DNA of 64,000 nt, from contig OZ218958.1 of the NCBI GenBank assembly GCA_965112735.1, positions 3,162,001-3,226,000 of the forward strand, given 5' to 3'. Numbering within the stretch: position 1 is the stretch's first letter; every line of letters starts with the position of its first letter. Under the pieces are notes generated by a model, which worked only from the letters and a program-made list of their open reading frames with translations, did not search any database and was not told the DNA's origin. The DNA is from Phaeosaccion multiseriatum. Lineage: Eukaryota; Protista; Ochrophyta, other classes. This document shows, piece by piece, positions 22,234 through 35,541 of the stretch. The position numbers were made by a program, and so were the translations under genes.

Positions 22234-25200
22234 ATGCAGGTCAGGGCCGCAACTCTCGCCGCCTTCCTGGCCCTCACCTCCCCCTTCTTCGGTGCCGCCG
22301 CGTCCGGTGACTCCGGATACGAGAGCTGGAACGGCGAGGTCTGCCCTCGCGACTGCCCCCACCCCCTCGTGCCGAGCAAGTGTGTTCCCCTCGATGAGTG
22401 CAAGCTCTTCTCGTGCGACTTCGAGCTGGATGTGCCCACCTGCAGCGGAATGGTCCAGCTGACCCTCTTCGGCGAGTGCGAGGACGGCTCCGGCTCAGGC
22501 TACAGCTGCACCTTCCCGGACGGCCTCGAGGTTCCTCAGAACGGAGAAGACTGCGATGGCACCGGACACCCGCATCGCTCGCTCCTGGGCTGGATGAACA
22601 GGAAGAAGAGCGCCGTGGTTTCTGCGACCGAGACGCTGGAGAAGCTCCTCCCCGTGGGCAGCAGCCCCTGTGGAGAGGGATACACCGTCGTCTTCGACCA
22701 CGACAGCTCCGAGGTGCACTGCTCGCTGTCGGAGGGGCAGCAGGAAGGAGGTCGCGAGCTCAGGACCCGACTGGAAATGGCCAAGACTTACAAGGTGGAC
22801 AATCCAAGGAAGAAGTGCAACGCCGGGCACTACCCCAAGTCGTGCCAGTGCCCCCATCCCGAGCGGTCCGTGTATGGCGACAGCTGCGCCGCCTTCTCTC
22901 ACGACATCCGCGAGCTCTGTTCGCCCGAGGGAGAGTACGAGTGTCGATACACCCCCACACCCGCGCCCACGCCTCAGCCTATCTGGATAAAGCCTCCGAC
23001 CATGAAGGTAAGCAACCACGGCAGTCAGAGGCAGAATGCTTTGCCCGTCGAGCGTGTCTCAGCCTGGCTTTAGTCCTACGCTCCTTGCTGCATCTCGCTT
23101 CTCCCCCGCGTTGCGTCCTCCGTCTCTCGCTGCTCATGAACCGCATCCTTCCCGTCATCCCTTCCCCAACCACAGCCCACACTGACTCCTACCGACGCTC
23201 CCACGCCCGCCCCGACCATGAAGGTATGAGATCACAACGGTCAGAGGCAGCGTGCTTTGCCCGTTGAGCTCGTACCTCAGCCTTGCTTCATTCCTACGCT
23301 CCCTTCTGAGTCTCGCTTCTCCCCGGCTTTGCTTCCTCCTCGTCTCCTCGCTGCCCCGCATCTTTCCCGTCCTCGTTGCCCCGCGCACAGCCCACAAAGG
23401 CTCCTACCGACGCTCCCACGCCCGCCCCGACCATGAAGGTAGAGATCACAACCATCAGAGACAGCGTGCTTTGCCCGTTGAGCTCGTACCTCAGCCTTGC
23501 TTCATTCCTACGCTCCCTTCTGAGTCTCGCTTCTCCCCGGCTTTGCTTCCTCCTCGTCTCCTCGCTGCCCCGCATCTTTCCCGTCCTCGTTGCCCCGCGC
23601 ACAGCCCACGAAGGCTCCTACGGACGCTCCCACGCCCGCCCCGACCACGAAGGTAGAGATCACAACCATCAGAGGCAGCGTGCTTTGCCCGTTGAGCTCG
23701 TACCTCAGCCTTGCTTCATTCCTACGCTCCCTGCTGAGTCTCGCTTCTCCCCGGCTTCGCTTCCTCCTCGTCTCCTCGTTACCCCGCATCTTTCCCGTCC
23801 TCGTTGCCCCGCCCACAGCCCACGAAGGCTCCTACCGACGCTCCCACGCCCGCCCCGACCATGAAGGTATGAGATCACAACAGTCAGAGACAGCGTGCTT
23901 TGCCCGTTGAGCTCGTACCTCAGCCTTGCTTCATTCCTACGCTCCCTGCTGAGTCTCGCTTCTCCCCGGCTTTGCGTCCTCCGTCTCTCGCTGCTCATGA
24001 ACCACATCCTTCCCGTCATCCCTTCCCAAACCACAGCCCACGAAGGCTCCTACGGACGCTCCCACGCCCGCCCCGACCATGAAGGTAAGAGATCACAACC
24101 ATCAGAGGCAGCGTGCTTTGCCCGTTGAGCTCGTACCTCAGCCTTGCTTCATTCCTACGCTCCCTGCTGAGTCTCGCTTCTCCCCGGCTTCTTCCTCCTC
24201 GTCTCCTCGCTGCCCCGCATCTTTCCCGTCCTCGTTGCCCCGCGCACAGCCCACGAAGGCTCCTACGGACGCTCCCACGCCCGCCCCGACCATGAAGGTA
24301 GAGATCACAACAGTCAGAGACAGCGTGCTTTGCCCGTTGAGCTCGTACCTCAGCCTTGCTTCATTCCTACGCTCCCTGCTGAGTCTCGCTTCTCCCCGGC
24401 TTTGCTTCCTCTTCGTCTCCTCGCTGCCCCGCATCTTTCCCGTCCTCGTTGCCCCGCGCACAGCCCACGAAGGCTCCTACCGACGCTCCCACGCCCGCCC
24501 CGACCATGAAGGTATGAGATCACAACCATCAGAGGCAGCGTGCTTTGCCCGTTGAGCTCGTACCTCAGCCTTGCTTCATTCCTACGCTCCCTTCTGAGTC
24601 TCGCTTCTCCCCGGCTTTGCTTCCTCCTCGTCTCCTCGCTGCCCCGCATCTTTCCCGTCCTCGTTGCCCCGCGCACAGCCCACGAAGGCTCCTACCGACG
24701 CTCCCACGCCCGCCCCGACCATGAAGGTAGAGATCACAACAGTCAGAGGCAGCGTGCTTTGCCCGTTGAGCTCGTACCTCAGCCTTGCTTCATTCCTACG
24801 CTCCCTGCTGAGTCTCGCTTCTCCCCGGCTTTGCTTCCTCCTCGTCTCCTCGCTGCCCCGCATCTTTCCCGTCCTCGTTGCCCCGCGCACAGCCCACAAA
24901 GGCTCCTACCGACGCTCCCACGCCCGCCCCGACCATGAAGGTAGAGATCACAACCATCAGAGACAGCGTGCTTTGCCCGTTGAGGTCGTACCTCAGCCTT
25001 GCTTCATTCCTACGCTCCCTGTTGAGTCTCGCTTCTCCCCGGCTTTGCTTCCTCTTCGTCTCCTCGCTGCCCCGCATCTTTCCCGTCCTCGTTGCCCCGC
25101 GCACAGCCCACGAAGGCTCCTACGGACGCTCCCACGCCCGCCCCGACCATGAAGGTAGAGACCACAACAGTCAGAGACAGCGTGCTTTGCCCGTTGAGCT

Positions 25201-26449
25201 CGTACCTCAGCCTTGCTTCATTCCTACGCTCCCTGCTGAGTCTCGCTTCTCCCCGGCTTCGCTTCCTCCTCGTCTCCTCGCTGCCCCGCATCTTTCCCGT
25301 CCTCGTTGCCCCGCGCACAGCCCACGAAGGCTCCTACCGACGCTCCCACGCCCGCCCCGACCATGAAGGTAAGAGATCACAACAGTCAGAGACAGCGTGC
25401 TTTGCCCGTTGAGCTCGTATCTCAGCCTTGCTTCATTCCTACGCTCCCTGCTGAGTCTCGCTTCTCCCCGGCTTTGCTTCCTCCTCGTCTCCTCGCTGCC
25501 CCGCATCTTTCCCGTCCTCGTTGCCCCGTGCACAGCCCACGAAGGCTCCTACCGACGCTCCCACGCCCGCCCCGACCATGAAGGTAGAGATCACAACCAT
25601 CAGAGACAGCGTGCTTTGCCCGTTGAGCTCGTACCTCAGCCTTGCTTCATTCCTACGCTCCCTTCTGAGTCTCGCTTCTCCCCGGCTTTGCTTCCTCCGT
25701 CTCTCGCCGCTCATGAACCGCATCCTTCCCGTCATCCCTTCCCAAACCACAGCCCACGAAGGCTCCTACGGACGCTCCCACGCCCGCCCCGACCATAGAG
25801 GTAAGAGATCACAACCATCAGAGGCAGCGTGCTTTGCCCGTTGAGCTCGTACCTCAGCCTTGCTTCATTCCTACGCTCCCTGCTGAGTCTCGCTTCTCCC
25901 CGGCTTTGCTTCCTCCTCGTCTCCTCGCTGCCCCGCATCTTTCCCGTCCTCGTTGCCCCGCGCACAGCCCACGAAGGCTCCTACCGACGCTCCCACGCCC
26001 GCCCCGACCATGAAGGTAAGAGATCACAGCGGTCAGAGACAGCGTGCTTTGCCCGTTGAGCTCGTACCTCAGCATTGCTTTAGTCCTACGCTCCCTGCTG
26101 AGTCTCGCTTCTCCCCGGCTTTGCTTCCTCCGTCTCTCGCCGCTCATGAACCACATCCTTCCCGTCATCCCTTCCCAAACCACAGCCCACGATGGCTCCC
26201 ACCCCCACGCCGGTCTGGACGCGGCCCCCCACGAAGGCTCCCGTCTGGCAGTCGGTACCCTACTACCCCTCCTCTAAGGACAGCGACTCAAAGGAATCGG
26301 ATTCCTCCTCCGACGACAAGCACAAAAAGCACCACAAGAGAAAGAGCAAGAAGAGCAAGCGGAAGAGAAGGGGCAAGGGCAAGGGCAAAGGAAAGGCCAA
26401 AGGAAATCGCAAGGGCAAGGGGGGCAAGGGAGGCAAGTGGTCTTGGTGA
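22234..26449 (+). CDS. Secreted protein with N-terminal Cys-rich domain, PTKAPTDAPTPAPTMK repeats and acidic-then-basic Lys/Gly tail (gene 2; 16 exons, ~569 aa)
   Basis: Signal peptide MQVRAATLAAFLALTSPFFGAAA is homologous to gene 1. Exon 1 22234-23007; fourteen 48-nt phase-0 exons starting at 23176, 23391, 23605, 23819, 24037, 24250, 24464, 24679, 24893, 25107, 25321, 25536, 25753, 25968; terminal exon 26186-26449 (...SKDSDSKESDSSSDDKHKKHHKRKSKKSKRKRRGKGKGKGKAKG...KWSW*). Confidence 0.85.
23008..26200 (+). repeat. Tandem exon+intron array C (~214-bp period)
   Basis: Near-identical units cacag|cccacgaaggctcctaccgacgctcccacgcccgccccgaccatgaag|gta. Confidence 0.95.
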
Positions 26450-26665
26450 CTCATATCATATCATTGATGCTTCCATGACTTTGTTTTAATTTCTATGTTT
26501 CAAATCAAATACTTCCATGACTTGTTTGCTCTCGCTCTCCTCCTATGGCCGCTTGTATTGTCGAATGCCCTGGCGCACCTCACGACCTCCTTCGTACGTG
26601 GACAAGTAACAAGTAACAATTGAGTACATTCTTATTGAGCTGCTGCCACGCGCTTGCTTCGCACC

Positions 26666-26757
<92 letters not shown>

Positions 26758-27336
26758 TTCCGGCGTTCCGGAGCCCTAGTCGTTTCCACTCATCACGGGA
26801 GAGGCTCGACGACCGTTCCCCGGGCCTTCCCTTGGACAAACTACCTCGCTCGCGTCTCCCGCTTCCCCCGTCCCCTCGTCCCTCTCCGCCTCGCTTCCTC
26901 TCCCCCTCTGAGGTCCACGTACAACAAGTTCTTGCTGACGAGCTGACGAGCCCGCTTGCTTCGCATTCTGTCACTGACGCCCGCTTTCACTTCGACACCC
27001 CCTCAGCTCTCTCAACATCTCGCTCCCCGTCGTTCACAGTAACCTTGCTCCAACTCGCTCTGGCCTCAGCTCTCTCTCCTCGCTCTACGCCTCCCTTCCT
27101 CTCTCTCGCTCACCCGCCGACCTCTTTCGCATCTTCCCTCCCTGCAATCAATCCACCACTCGGCTTCCGTCGCGTACTCCCTCCCATGCAAACCTTTGCA
27201 ACAGTGCCGCCTTCCTCTGCCATACTTTGCTTCCTTCTTCCTCCTCGATACCCGCCCCCGTTCTTCCCTTCCGCCTTCCCGGACCCCTGCGACACGTGGA
27301 TGTCGTCCCCTCCCCAATTCCACTCCGCAATCTCTC

Positions 27337-29296
27337 TCACGCTTCGGCAGCAGTGGTAGCAGGGGCACTCGCAGAAGCAGACGTGGAGGCTCTCTTCGCT
27401 CTCAGCAGAGCCTTGCTCGGGATCATGAGGCCTCCGCTCGAGAGGGAGGCCCTCCTCGGGGCCGCCACAGTTGCAGCGGCAGCAGCAGCGGCAGCAGGGG
27501 CAGCAGGGGCAGCAGGGGCAGCAGCCCCGTTGGGTGCCGTCCCCGCCTCTGCGTCGCCCTTGGCCTTGCCTTGCTTGCCTTGCTTGCCTTGCTTGCCTCC
27601 TCCTCCCTTGCCCTTACCCGCGGCTGCCCCTGCTCCTGCCGCAGCCTCTGCGGGCGTGGGGGCAATGCCAAAGTCGATGGACGGCGCTCCCTTAGCAGCA
27701 CCTCCTGCACGCCCCCCCCTCGCTCGCTGCCCCTGTTGCTGTGGTGGTGGTGGTGGCATCTGCAGGGGCGGCACCATGCCCATTCCCATCCCGGCTCCCC
27801 CAGGCACTCCCCCGGCCATGAGTTGCATGGGCATTGGGGGAATATACCCGCCCGGGCCCGGAGGACCACTCACGTAACCCCCCGGGCGTCCTCCGGCCAT
27901 CTGCGGCGGCATCATCCCCCCCTGGAGCTGCTGCAGAAACATCATATGGTTGTGCATATGCATCTGTTGCTGCTGGTGGTGGTGGAGCATCTGCTGGTGA
28001 TGTAACTGCTGCTCCTGAGGGGTCAGCTGCTGCTGCGGGGGCGGTGGCGGCGGCGGCTGACTCTGACCCTGACCCTGACCTTGACCCTGACCTTGACCCT
28101 GACCTTGACCCTGACCTTGACCTTGACCAGCAGCAGGGGGTGCAAGAAGGAAAGGGGGCGTGGACGAGGCCCCCATCCCCTCTTCTCCAGCCCCTCCTGC
28201 CCTTCCTGCCCCTCCTGCCCCTCCTGCCCCTCCTGCCCCTCCTGCCCCTCCTCCAGCCCCTCCTCCTCCTCCTGTTCCTCCGCCGAGCCCGAGCCCAAGC
28301 AATCCCTTGAGATGGTCTGCCTGCTGCTGCGCCTGCTGCTGCCCCTCCGTTCGAGGCGGTGGAGGGGCTGAGAGGGGCGATTCTCTCTGCTGCTGCTCCT
28401 GTCCCAGACCCTGCTCCCCGCCCCCCAAACTCATCGACCCGAGCCCCAAGTTCCCAATGCCCCCAATGCCCAGCATTCCCTTCAAGCTCTCCGACTGAGC
28501 CTGCAGGGCGCTCTCATGGACGCCCGCGGACTGCCCCTGCTGCTGTGCCGTGGCTCCTCCTCCCTGCCGCCGCTCGTCTCCTCCTTCATTCCCCGCCTGC
28601 CCGCCAGCCTGCTCGCCGCCCTGCCCGCTTCCCTGCTGCTGCTGCTGCGGTTGCTGTTGCTCAACCGTCCGACCTCCTCCCGCTTGCTCCTGAAGGCCTC
28701 CCGGCGCTTGACTGCCCTTCAGCGGGGTCGTTGAGCGAGAACCGCTGGCGCTGCCTCCTCCCACTCCCCTCATTAGCTTGAGCTTTGTGCGCTCCTTCTC
28801 CACTCCTCCCAATTTCGCACCACCCTCGCCGTCTGCGAGCAGCGAAGGAGGAGTCGTCCCCGGTATCCTCACGCCCCTTCCCGCTCCAAAGCCCCTCGTG
28901 CCGTCGGGGCCGAGTGAGCTTCGATAGCGGGGAGGAACGGCAGAGTGTTGAGAGCCGCCACGCCCGCGCCTTTGGGGGCTGGACAGGTTGGGGCTCGTTG
29001 TGCCGCCATGTGTGACCGCCTCATCCCCCACTTGTGGAGAAATATCGAGTGCCTGGAGAAGCACATTGCCATTGCTTGTGGCTGGGCCAGTGGAAGGGGG
29101 CGCGTCAGGGGCAGAAGCAGCTGCGGCAGCGAGGGCGGCTGCCGATGCAGCAGACGCGGCTCCGGATGCCTCGACTGCCGCCGCAGGAGAGGCACCTACT
29201 GTATCACCAACTTGCTTGGCAGCACTTGCCCCCGCCGCCACCGCCTCCGCCTCCCTCGCGTCCCCGCCTTCCTGCTGCGGCACCACCACCTGGGTG

Positions 29297-29328
<32 letters not shown>

Positions 29329-29699
29329 CGAGTCTATCATTCGAGCCCGTGCGTTGTCCAGCATAGCCAAGAGGGCCCCTGCCTCGGGGTTCAGTGCTGA
29401 ATCACCAACCGGCACTGTTGCAGCTTCTGTGGCCGCTGCTCCTGCCGCCGGCGCCTTCCCTTCACGGGTCTTTGCCCCAGCCGTAGACGCTGCTGCTGCT
29501 GCTGCTGCTGCTGCTTCAGGGGTGTGCTCCTTTGGTCTCGCAGACGGCCCTGACCCCCCTGTCTCAGGCAGTGCTGCTGCTGATGGTGAAGCTCCGCCCC
29601 TTCCTCCTCCCCCGGGGGCGGCGACGGGCTCCTTTGCTTCTAGAGATGTGGCCACGGTCGGTGCTGCCCCTCTCGCTGCAGCTGGAGCTGTCGACTCTG

Positions 29700-29751
<52 letters not shown>

Positions 29752-30058
29752 GACCTGCGCCCTGGCCTTGGCCAACAATGCCTTCATATCCGTCTTCGGG
29801 GTCGCTTCTGCCACTGGTGCTCCTGCTGATGCTGCGGCAGCTGTGTCACCAACAGCTGAAGCGGCCACCGATCTTTTCTCCTGTCCCTTTTTGCTGCTGG
29901 TCAGAACGGTCGGAGCAGAGACCTTCCCCTTCGCAGCTCCTCCCCCCGTGCCTTTCTCCTGAGCTTCCTTCGGCTCCTTTTGCTGCTGCTGCTGAGGCTG
30001 CTGAGGCTTGGTCAGGATTTTCATCGTTTGTGCAGGCTTGGCGTCCGCCTCTAGCTGC

Positions 30059-30089
<31 letters not shown>

Positions 30090-33000
30090 TCTTGGAGGCC
30101 TTCCTGCCAGTACCCGCCCCCCCTGCTGTATCACCAACTGCTGCTGCTATCCCCGTGGCCCCGACCGCGCCTGCTTTTCCAGCCTTGTCGGTCGCGGCCT
30201 TCGCCGTAGCAGCCTTATCTTTATCTACCTTAACCTTCGCGGTGGCACCACTCCCCTTCCCCTTCGCATCTTTGGCCTCCGCCTTCTTCCCTGCCCCTGC
30301 CGCCGCCGCGGCTGCTGCTCGAGCCGGGGGCACAGCAATGGCCACTGGGGTGGCTAACTTGGCCTGCTGCTTGGCTTGCTGAGGCGTCTGCTTCTGCTTC
30401 TGCTGGAGCTGCTGCGCTTGCTTCTGCTGAAGCGGCACTTGCGGCTGTGGTGCCTGTTGCTGCGCCTGTTGCTGCACCAGTTGCTGGGCCTGTTTGTGTT
30501 GGAGCAGCAGCTGCTGTTGGTGCTGCTGTATCGCCAACTGCTGTTGCTGCTGCAGCTGCTTTGACTGCTTACTCTGCTTCGGCTGCTGCGACTGAGAGGA
30601 CGACGCCCCTTTCCCCTTCACTCCTGCCGCCGCTGCTGCTGCTCCTCCCATCTTGCTGAGCATCGCCATCTGCGCCTTGGTGTGCACCTTGGCCAGCGCC
30701 GCCCAGGGCACCAACATGCCCCTGTAATTGCCACACATGCCCTGCAGAGTCCCTCCTCCCATAAACTCCTCGTCGAACACCACCTCCACACACCCACTGT
30801 GATGATGACACGCCACCACCGTGCCCCACAGACCAAAGGGCACCCCCCTCGCACTCATATTCACCACTCGGTCTCCCAAGTCCGGCGCTCTTCCAGAGTC
30901 CCCTCCTGACTCCATGGGGGCATCGGTCGTGAGGATGGTGTTGTAGCGCAGCAAGGCCGCCGCGGGGATGCCCCGGACGATCCGCTTGACAATGAGTTGC
31001 TTGCTCACGTTCATGGCGTGGCGGACATCGGCGGCCCTTTCCACGGCTTTGCAGGCCTCGCGGCTCATGGCCACCGTGGTCAGGGGCACGCGGGGCAGCC
31101 CTGTCATATGGGTGGGTGGGTGGGTGACGTGGGTGACGTGGGGGGCAAGGGGCGAGGAGTAAGGGTACACGATGAGTGAGTGGGTGAGTGGATGAGTGAA
31201 GGAGGGATTGAGAGGAGTGGGAGGGAAGAAGAAAGAAGCACACCAGAGGGAAGCAAGGAGGAAGAGAAAAAAGTATGCCATGACAATGCAGTTCCACTTT
31301 CCCTCCTCACCCACGCACGTACCCACCGCGTCCCTCCGCCTCCCCACCCACCTGCCGTCTCAGCCGTCTGCAGCCACTCATACACTCCCTCGATGTAGGC
31401 AGGGCCCCCAGGCCCAAGCAAGCGCGTCGCGTCGTAGAAACGCTCATGCCCGGCGTTGGTCAGCGCGCGGAAGAGCTTCCGAGGGATGGAAGTTACACAC
31501 AAACACACACGTACACATACACGTACAAATACACATACACACGACGTTGATGCGCACACGGGCAAACAGGGGGGGCGGGGAGGGGGGGTTGATATCGTTG
31601 AGGCAATGACACGTCAAATGAAGGACGGGCAGCGGCAAACGGACCGATTTTTCTAATATTTCTTGATGTGATATGGGAAAACGTCCTTCCGCCAACTCCC
31701 TCTCTCTCCTCCTCCTCCTCGTCGTCGTCCTCCTCCTCCCCCCCCCATCACCCTCACCCTCTTCTTCAACCCCCCTCCTCCACCACCACCACCACCACCA
31801 CCCTGCTCTCCCTCGTCCTCCACCTCTCCTCCCTCATACCTGCGGGAACTTTGTCACGTACTCCGCCACAAGCCGCATGGCCTTCTCCGTGAACTCCCAC
31901 CCTGCGCTCTCCGTCCCCTCCTCATCGTCATCCCTTCCCTGCGTCCCAATGATGGTCACCGTATCGCCTGCGCCCCATGCCGCTTGCTGCTTGAGCACGC
32001 TTCTGCTGTAGCCAAGCAGTTGGAATCTGTGGTTCTGCTTGAGATTCAGGCCCAGGTCGTATCTGCCATTTGGGGATGAGAGGGAGGTCGGGGGATGTAT
32101 AGGTGAGGGGGGTATAATTGATTTTGAGTCGGGATGGATGGAAGAGGGACGTGTGTGGGTGAGATGAGGTATTTTATCAGTTCTTCAGGTCTTTGCCTAC
32201 ATCCACTACATCTTTGTCTTTATCAGTTCTTCAGGCCTTCACCTACATCTTGTCTTGTAGTGCATCGCAATACACACACACACACAACTTGTGGACCACA
32301 GGGGGGGGGAGGGAAACGGAAGGCTCTCTCTCACTTCGCTTCACTTCCATGTCAAGCATGTGTCAAGCAAATGTCCGCGAAATTCAAACTCAAGCTCCAA
32401 AATTCACACTCACCTCCCTGGGTCGACGATGCAGCTGCCCACAAGCTTGCCGAACACCGTGGGGTTGATGCCCATCCTCTGATAAATCATATGGGCCGGG
32501 AAGTACTTATCGGCAATGCTGTTGGCCACCGCCAGGCCAAAGGGCGGCTCCACCGGCCGATGTTCCACCTCCACATCCACCTTATCCCCCCTGCTCCCAG
32601 ACACCCCCACCACCTTGCCACAGCAACCCCTCGTCTCGCCAGTTGTGAGGCAGAGTACTCGAGTCCCCACCGCGAATCGCTCCGCCACGGTGACTGCACT
32701 CCTCTCCTGGAAGCGCGGGTCCGGAGCCGGGTCGGACCACATTGTTAGGTGGAGGGGGACGTCGGCTTCGGTGGTGCCGAATACCTGACAGGACAGGACA
32801 GGTCAAACAAAGGGTCAAACAAAAGGTGTGCGGGGCGGGGAGGGGGGGGGAGTGAGTGAGGACGACAAGCAACAGGGTTGGGGTACTTTGCTTGTTGCAC
32901 GGGTTGGTTGTACAGATGGACAACAGCAGGGCTGGTCATGCTCACACCCATCCACACCGTCACTCACCCGCCCACCCCCTCACTCATCCACCCACCCACC

Positions 33001-34704
33001 CACCCACCCACCCACCCCACCCACGCACCAACCCCACCCACTCTCACCCTCACCCTCACCCTCACCCACCTTGGTCACGGCCCCTGTGGCAGGGTCCTGC
33101 TTCATCCCCTGCAGCGGATGCACCCTCAACCTCGCACCCACATGCCCAATGTCCACTCCTCCACTGCCCGCCTTGGCTCGCCCCTGCAGGTACAGGTTCT
33201 GCTCACTCGTGCTCTGCAGCGCCCATCGAGCGGCAACATCGGGCGGGTACTTGCTTGCCACCAGGTACTTGGCAAGGCCGGTGGGGCCCTCTGCCTTCTC
33301 TGCGTCAGTCAGGGGGGCGTAGTTTCGGTCGCGCTTGAGGCGCCACTCGCCTGTGATGTCGCTCACCCCAACGATGCGGGCCTGCGTGTGTGCGTGTATG
33401 TGTGTGTATGTGAGAGAGAGACAGAGAGAGAGTGTGTGTGTGGGTGGGTGGGTGGGTGTGGCGGGTGAAGGGCCGAGTCAGTACTTACTGACGCATGACT
33501 AACGCATACTAAACTGGAAGTCAAAATCTCAAAGAGTTCATCTTCGCCCTCCTTCCCAAGGAAAAGGCAAGAGGCCCACAAATCCAACCCCGCACCCCCA
33601 ACACCCTTGTAAAAAAAAATACAAAAGATAAGAGTATTATGATTAGAGAGGATAAGATCAGATCAGAAAAGAGAAGAGAGGATAAGAGAAGACAAGATAA
33701 GATAAGACCGAGCGAACCTAACCTAACCTACCCTAAACTAATACTCCGAAGTACCTCATGACGTCATGACCTTACCTCGTGCATGACGGGCCAATTGACA
33801 TACACGGCCCTGCCAAGAATGTGCGGTGCGAGCACCTCGGCGGGCGGCAGTGCCTCGGGGCGGCGAAGCTTGAGCACGAGTGTGTTGTAACGGCTCTCGG
33901 TGCCAAACACGTTGAGCTTCACGGGTCGGATCTCGGCAACGTCCATAGGGAGCACGTTAAGGCTAGGGAAACCTGGATAGGGCAGCTGCAGGTGGGTGGG
34001 GTGGAGGGAGAAAAGAGGGGGCGGGGAGGGGAAGAGGAGAGGGTGGGGGATAGGGGAGGGAGAGGGTAGTGAAAGCAGCATGAGACAAGGAAAGACGTAC
34101 CCAACACAAACACTCACACACTCACTCATTCACCAGGCCAGAAATGCCCAACACAAACACTCTTTCTCTCTCACACACACACTCACTCACTCACTCGCTC
34201 ACTCACTCACCACCCCACCCACCTCCTCCCTCCTTCCCTTCCTCACCCCCTCACTCACTCACTCACCGTAGTGCCGTCGCGCAAGACAGAGGTGAAGGCC
34301 GTGGTGCTCTCCACGCTGAAGGGGATGAGCTCACACACAGTGCGGCAGTTACGGATGTCCGACAGTCCAATGTCGTAGTTGCAAGACACCACCGTCTCTC
34401 CTGGCGCGTTCTGCATTCGTTCACAAAAAGGCAACCAGTTACAAATGGCACATGTATGATAGCGGTTGGTGGTGACAAGGGGGGGGCAGCAGAGGACTTT
34501 AGGGTAGAGGCATATGGGAGGAGGGAGACGAGGGAGACGTGGGGCAAGGTTAGGGTTTCCGACACTCCTCCTCCCCTCCTCAACGAATTTGTGAGTGAGT
34601 GAGGAGAGTCACTGGGGCCGTATCACCGGCTCCTCTTAAAGCAAAGCGCGTACACGCACCCGCATAGGCACGCAGGAAGTACGCACAAAGGCACACACAT
34701 ACAT

Positions 34705-34748
<44 letters not shown>

Positions 34749-35486
34749 ATCCTTACTTCGTCGTAGGTGAAGCAGTGAATATACCCGGGGCAGTTACGCT
34801 CCGTCTCCTCTGCCGTGAGCAGATCAGAGGGGCAGTGAGCTGCGACGGCCGCCTGCAGCCTCGACGCGTCGATGAACGGCAGCAGGTTCACAGCCTCCCA
34901 AGGGTTCCGCTTGCCGTTGGGGTCGATCTGTTGGCGTGGGTGCGTGCGTGTGCATTGTGTGTTGGTGTGTTGTGTTGTGATGGACATGGATGTGTGTGTA
35001 TATATATGTGTGTGTGTGTATGGATTGGGAGCAGCAGGGTGACAGAAGGGAAGGAGACACAGAAGTTCAGACAGGCAGGAAGAGCAAATGCGAGAAACTA
35101 ACAAACACAGCGCGAACCGATTGCCCGACCAAGACCCAAAACAAGACAGACCCAAGACAGACCAACAACCAACCAATCAACCAACCAACCAACCCACCCG
35201 CCCACCAATCCACCAACCATGTCTCAAGAAAACACTCCAACCAACCTTAAAGTCCTCGGGATAAAACTCCTTGACAGGGCTCTCCTCATCCGTCATGAGC
35301 TTCGCGTACTGCTGCGGCAGGCACCAAGTAGAGGCCGGGGGAAGGCAGCCCATGAGCTGTTCGAAGGGGCGGAAGGGCTGCCCCAGAGTGAAGCGGATGG
35401 GGGCGCTGAGCTGGGCAAGGTTCTTGAGGTCGCTGATCATGGGCACGTAGTGGAAGGGGTAGAACCAATCCTGGAGAGTTGGGGGG

Positions 35487-35541
<55 letters not shown>

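Noticed and set aside
33715-33740. Telomere-like CCTAA/CCCTAAA repeats
   Set aside because: Only 4-5 degenerate units inside an XRN1 intron that contains other pentamer repeats.
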